This document shows positions 59,224 through 64,000 of a stretch of 64,000 nucleotides of DNA, one piece after another. The position numbers and the translations under genes were made by a program. This DNA comes from Gammaproteobacteria bacterium (GTDB lineage: Bacteria > Pseudomonadota > Gammaproteobacteria > Eutrophobiales > Eutrophobiaceae). The stretch covers positions 608,001 through 672,000 of the forward strand of contig CBDCTH010000012.1 in NCBI GenBank assembly GCA_965222155.1, given 5' to 3'. Positions within the stretch are counted from its first letter, which is position 1; every line of letters starts with the position of its first letter. Under the pieces are notes generated by a model. It was not told the origin of the DNA, ran no database searches, and worked only from the letters and a program-made list of their open reading frames with translations.

Positions 59224-62124
59224 ATGTTAAATGAGTTGATTACACGGAAGAAAAATCAATGGCTCAGGTCTGATAGCTGTCCCCTCACCGCCCTCTCATC
59301 CTATATCAGGAATCAAGGTCACCTGCGAGAGACCCAGGTGGAAGCGATTGAAACCTATTTGTATCTGAAAATTGAAGGAATCAATAAACCACTGTGGGAG
59401 CTGTTTTCTGAAAACTTCTTCACTGATGATATCGACCTCAACAGGTTGAACATCAACCAGGAAACCAGGAAGTTTCTGCAGAAAAACACGGCTGCTATGG
59501 CTTTGTTCGGTTTATCCATTCAAAAACAGCCGGATGGAAAATCATTATTGCCGGAACTTGAAAAGCTGATCATTGATAACCCATCTGCATTGGATTACGA
59601 GAGAATTATCAAGGATATTTTTTATCAAGTCACCTACTCCGACTACCTGATGAGTCTACCGATGGGCGCCGGCAAAACATTTTTGATGGCAGCCATTATT
59701 TACCTGGATTTATATTTTGCCCAAAATGAGCCGGATAATACAGCGTTTGCTCATAATTTCCTGGTGTTGATTCCATCGGGTCTGAAATCCTCGATTGTCC
59801 CAAGTTTGAGGACCATAGAAAACTTTAACCCTGAATGGGTTATTCCGAACCCCGCCGCCGGTGAAATCAAGCGACAGCTTTCATTTGAAATTCTGGATGA
59901 ACAAAAGTCCGCGAAAAGCAGCAATAGAGTCAGGAATCCCAACGTCCAAAAAGTCAGCCAGTGTTTCCCCAACCCCTTTGCAACCGTATTTGTAGTCAAT
60001 GCCGAGAAGGTGATCCTGGACCGGCTTGATATAACTGCGCGGCAAACTCAGGACTGGATTGGGAAAAGTGAAGATGAACGGGACCGGTTGGCTAATGAAC
60101 TGCGCAACCGGATTGGAAAAATACCCCACCTGTCCATACTGATTGACGAAGTCCACCATGCCGCCACAGATGATATTAAACTGCGCCAGGTGGTCAACAA
60201 ATGGCAGCAGGGCGGCAATATCATCACCGTCCTGGGTTTCTCAGGCACGCCTTTTTTGAGTAAGCCGGACCGGGTTTCCATTAATGAAACAACCAACGTC
60301 AAATTTTCCAGGATTACGAACACCGTTTATTATTATCCGCTTATCAAGGCGATTAACTCGTTCCTGAAAAAGCCACAGGTGAAGATAGCGCAAGGAATGC
60401 AGGACAGGCTGGAAATTATTCGTCAAGGGATAGCCGACTTCCGACAAAAATTTGGCAGGAAACGTTACGCCAATGGCAGCATCGCCAAACTGGCAATCTA
60501 TTGCAGCAATATAGAAACACTGGAGGATCAGGTTTATCCTTTCCTGGTCGGCGAGCTGAAAATTTCGGCTGATGAAATCCTGAAGTTTCACCGGGGTAAT
60601 AAGGGATATCCGCAACCACCGGGTTCCGAACTGGCTTTTAGATCACTGGACCTTCCTGCGCCATACGCTTCCGGGAAACGCTATATCCTGTTGGTCCAAA
60701 TAGGCAAGGAAGGGTGGGATTGTCGCAGCCTGACGGGGATCATTTTATCCCAGCAGGGAGATTGCAAAAGGAATATGGTCTTGCAAACCAGTTGTCGCTG
60801 TCTGCGTCAGGTTGACGTCGAAGCGACAGACAAGGAAGATGCATTGATCTGGCTCAACGACAGCAATGCAAAAACCCTTAACGGTCAGTTAAAACAGCAA
60901 CAACAAACGTCTATTCAGGAAATCAACCAGCTGGATAACGGCACTGGCGATCAGCGAGTACAACGACACTCCAGGATAGAACAATTGGAACTACCTGCGT
61001 TGGATTTTTATCAACTCAAAGTGCATTACCAGACGATTGTTGAGGCCGAAATACAAACGCAGAAAAAATTACAGGACGTTTATGAAGACCTGGAAAGCTA
61101 CCAGGCTTCTGTCTCAATCATTACTACTGATTTTGAAGATATGGAAGGCGGGAAATTGCATATCAGGGAATCCGGCGCGACGCAACCGGCCGGTTTTAAA
61201 CAATGGTTGAACGGTATTGCAAAAACCAGTTTCCACACGATTTCAACTACTCGACTGTATGAGCTTGAAGAACAGTTACAAGCCATTTTTGACGGGATAA
61301 CAATACAGGGACAGAGAAGCAGCTATTGGAATGAACTATACGACCGGGAAGCAATTGAGAGCCGTATTCGTTTGGCGTTCAGCCCCAGGCGTGAACTACA
61401 AACCCGTGACGAGATCATTCCTGAAAAAGCAGAATTGCTGCTGGTGAATAAACTGACGCCAGTAAACATCCATGACAAGCTATACCCGAATGAAGACGAT
61501 ACGAAGAAGATACTGCAATTTGACGAAAACCCGCCGGAAGCAAGAACGGAAGAAGACAGACGGGAAATACAACAGGCTATTGAAAGTCTCAGGAAATTGA
61601 ATATGGATACCAGCCACCTTGAGCAACAGTTGAACGAAAAACACTCAACGGCAGTAGAACAGAGCGACAAGAGTTTTCATTATCTGCCATACAATTTTAT
61701 CCAGAGCGGCTTCGAACTGGAACTGCTCCGGCAAGTATTATCGCTGGATCAATTTCAACAATCCCCGCTGGAGATTTATTACAATGGTGAGCGCGGGTTA
61801 ACCGGATTTGTAATCCATTGTTTTCGGAAAAAGGGACAAAGCTGGCAAAATGTCGGACGCTACACCACTGATTTTTTAATCATCCAGCGTAACGAAAATA
61901 AAAAGGAAATTCGCAAAGTGTTAATGATAGAAACCAAGGGCAGCGGTTATGCTGGTGACCCTGAATTCCAGGGCAGAAAATCGTTTGTCGAAAGCCAGTT
62001 CCTGCGACAGAATAACCGGCAATTCGGCTACGATAAATTTGATTTCCTGTATCTTCAGGACAATGTTGGAATAGACAAAAATATTGCCCAATTAAGTCAA
62101 AAAGTAACCGGTTTTTTTGGTTAA
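59224..62124 (+). CDS. Type III restriction endonuclease subunit Res (SF2 helicase + nuclease)
   Basis: LPMGAGKT, IDEVHH, GFSGTP, KEGWD, QTSCRCLR and C-terminal TDFLI..IETKG. Confidence 0.9.
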   Translation: MLNELITRKKNQWLRSDSCPLTALSSYIRNQGHLRETQVEAIETYLYLKIEGINKPLWELFSENFFTDDIDLNRLNINQETRKFLQKNTAAMALFGLSIQKQPDGKSLLPELEKLIIDNPSALDYERIIKDIFYQVTYSDYLMSLPMGAGKTFLMAAIIYLDLYFAQNEPDNTAFAHNFLVLIPSGLKSSIVPSLRTIENFNPEWVIPNPAAGEIKRQLSFEILDEQKSAKSSNRVRNPNVQKVSQCFPNPFATVFVVNAEKVILDRLDITARQTQDWIGKSEDERDRLANELRNRIGKIPHLSILIDEVHHAATDDIKLRQVVNKWQQGGNIITVLGFSGTPFLSKPDRVSINETTNVKFSRITNTVYYYPLIKAINSFLKKPQVKIAQGMQDRLEIIRQGIADFRQKFGRKRYANGSIAKLAIYCSNIETLEDQVYPFLVGELKISADEILKFHRGNKGYPQPPGSELAFRSLDLPAPYASGKRYILLVQIGKEGWDCRSLTGIILSQQGDCKRNMVLQTSCRCLRQVDVEATDKEDALIWLNDSNAKTLNGQLKQQQQTSIQEINQLDNGTGDQRVQRHSRIEQLELPALDFYQLKVHYQTIVEAEIQTQKKLQDVYEDLESYQASVSIITTDFEDMEGGKLHIRESGATQPAGFKQWLNGIAKTSFHTISTTRLYELEEQLQAIFDGITIQGQRSSYWNELYDREAIESRIRLAFSPRRELQTRDEIIPEKAELLLVNKLTPVNIHDKLYPNEDDTKKILQFDENPPEARTEEDRREIQQAIESLRKLNMDTSHLEQQLNEKHSTAVEQSDKSFHYLPYNFIQSGFELELLRQVLSLDQFQQSPLEIYYNGERGLTGFVIHCFRKKGQSWQNVGRYTTDFLIIQRNENKKEIRKVLMIETKGSGYAGDPEFQGRKSFVESQFLRQNNRQFGYDKFDFLYLQDNVGIDKNIAQLSQKVTGFFG

Positions 62125-62128
62125 TGTC

Positions 62129-64000
62129 ATGCCGATTAAATATATTCCCTACATACCCGACCCGATAAAGGGGCAGGCTCTCCTCAATAATATCCCGCGC
62201 AGTCAACGTCTGTTGCGCTATCGTGACAACGACCGGGTGGTTGAAAAAATACAGCGCGGTATGCCTTACTATGAAGTGGAAACGGTTGAGCAGGTGGGTA
62301 AAACTGACAAGGATTGGAATAACCTGCTGTTGCGCGGGGAGTGTCTGTCCGCCTGTGCTTACCTGAAGGAAACAGGCATCAAGGTGGACCTGGTATATAT
62401 CGACCCGCCCTTTGCCAGCGGCGCCAACTACGCCAAGAAGGTATATATTCGCCGCAACCCGCGCCTAGCGGAAAAAGTCGCCCAGGCAGAACAGGAAATG
62501 GAGATGGAAGAGCTACATGCGTTTGAGGAAACCATGTATAGCGATATATGGCAAAAGGAAGATTACCTTAACTGGATGTATGAAAACCTGATGGCGATTA
62601 AATCCGTAATGTCTGACACTGCCAGCATTTATGTGCACCTGGACTGGCATATTGGGCATTATGTGAAAATTTTGATGGATGAGGTGTTTGGGGAGGAGAA
62701 TTTTATAAATGAAATAGTTTGGATATATTCTGGAAGAGAAATGGATATTTCAAAATGGAATCCGAAGCATGATTGTTTATATTTTTATTCAAACGGAGAA
62801 AAAGTTACGTTTAATACAAACGACGTAAGGGATGCCTATACGGAGGCAACAGAAAATAAATATAGATACGAAGACGATAAAGGAAGGTTTCAGATTAGAG
62901 GTAAAGCAATCAAAGGTAGCCCAGTAGACAGGGCTGATGGTTTGTCTATTGAGTACGAAAAGAAGTATCCAGGGATGACATATCGCCAATATAGCAAAGG
63001 AGGCTCAGCACCAAGAGACTGGTGGAGCATTTCAATGGTTAATAAAGCTGCGAATGAAAGAGTAGATTACGCCACCCAAAAACCCGAAGCCCTGCTGAAA
63101 CGCATTATCAAAGCCAGCAGCGATGAGGATATGATCGTAGCTGATTTCTTCGGCGGTAGCGGCGTCACCGCCAAAGTAGCCCACGACCTGAATAGAAAAT
63201 TCATCCACTGCGACGTCGGCGTCAACAGTCTGCAAATCACCCGAGACCGTTTGCAAGAAGCCAATGCCGGTTTTCAGGTAATGGATATAAAAGACGGCGT
63301 CAGCCTGTTTCGTAACCCGCAACAAACCATGGACAAACTGGCAAAATTAATTCCCGGACTGCAACAACAGGTTCAAGGCATCGGCAATTTCTGGTTCGGC
63401 GCAATCCAGGACAGCAAGCTGGGCAGCATTCCCGTTTATGTGCCGAATTTAATCGACAGCAGCGAAAAAGTGCTGGACGTGCCGATTATCAACCGCATTA
63501 TCAACGAAGAGTTGCAAAAACTGGAATTGACCCCCGCAAAGGCAATCGCCTACTTTGTCGATATTGATGATCGTAAGGAACTGGAGCAATTCATTCGTGA
63601 AAACAATCCTGTTGTTACCGAAATAGAACTGCGCGATCTGAAAACATTACTTGCTCATACTGTCAGCAACGATGAATTCAGCTTCAAGGTTAGCAAAGAG
63701 AAAAACCAATTTGTTACCCGTATCACTGAATTTCACAGCGACCGTCTGCAACAAAAGATAACCGAGTTCAATGACAAAAGACAGTTGAAAACGGCGAACA
63801 GGAATGAGATAAAACCTGTCCTGCTCAGTGATGAGGGGCTGGAGTTGATCGAATGGCTAGCGGTTGATTGCAAAAACACTGTCGGAGCGTGGCACAGCAG
63901 CAGCGAAATTAAAATAGACAAGTTGGGTTATACAAGCATTGATGGCAAGAAAACAAAAAAGTTCTGGGACGGCACTATCATTTCAAAACAAAAACCACTA
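62129..64000 (+). CDS. DNA adenine methyltransferase, type III Mod-like (runs off the window end)
   Basis: Translated by hand from ATG 62129: MPIKYIPY..VYIDPPF..IYVHLDWH..YATQKPEALLKRII..ADFFGGSG (beta-class motif order). Confidence 0.9.
   Translation, partial: MPIKYIPYIPDPIKGQALLNNIPRSQRLLRYRDNDRVVEKIQRGMPYYEVETVEQVGKTDKDWNNLLLRGECLSACAYLKETGIKVDLVYIDPPFASGANYAKKVYIRRNPRLAEKVAQAEQEMEMEELHAFEETMYSDIWQKEDYLNWMYENLMAIKSVMSDTASIYVHLDWHIGHYVKILMDEVFGEENFINEIVWIYSGREMDISKWNPKHDCLYFYSNGEKVTFNTNDVRDAYTEATENKYRYEDDKGRFQIRGKAIKGSPVDRADGLSIEYEKKYPGMTYRQYSKGGSAPRDWWSISMVNKAANERVDYATQKPEALLKRIIKASSDEDMIVADFFGGSGVTAKVAHDLNRKFIHCDVGVNSLQITRDRLQEANAGFQVMDIKDGVSLFRNPQQTMDKLAKLIPGLQQQVQGIGNFWFGAIQDSKLGSIPVYVPNLIDSSEKVLDVPIINRIINEELQKLELTPAKAIAYFVDIDDRKELEQFIRENNPVVTEIELRDLKTLLAHTVSNDEFSFKVSKEKNQFVTRITEFHSDRLQQKITEFNDKRQLKTANRNEIKPVLLSDEGLELIEWLAVDCKNTVGAWHSSSEIKIDKLGYTSIDGKKTKKFWDGTIISKQKPL

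Noticed and set aside
1-64000. CRISPR array
   Set aside because: The repeats are dispersed and palindromic; I saw no regular repeat-spacer array and no cas genes.
62129-64000. Phase-variable simple-sequence repeat in mod
   Set aside because: No tandem repeat tract is visible in the available part of the gene.

Overview
Bacterial chromosomal window, most likely from a gammaproteobacterium (miaB-phoH-ybeY-corC-lnt synteny). It begins with tRNA-Sec and selB at the end of a Rieske/EthD operon. Next is a putative defence cassette: a 768-aa nuclease-nitrilase fusion, a solo TIR protein, and a broken DUF3800 gene with a downstream structured RNA. A long accessory catabolic region follows (hydantoinase A/B, aminotransferase, UbiD, TonB receptor, MFS, Rieske oxygenase, amidohydrolase, AraC) with an IS5 and a decayed toxin-antitoxin pair. 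The middle holds gltBD, several oxidoreductases, housekeeping genes, tRNA-Met, and two DAHP synthases bracketing fccAB, a dioxygenase pair and phoX. The window ends with a reverse-transcriptase remnant and a type III restriction-modification locus that runs off the edge. Intergenic space is dense with several MITE/REP-like families: one copy sits in-frame inside an MFS gene, and others overlap start or stop codons. All product calls come from motif recognition by eye, not from database searches.
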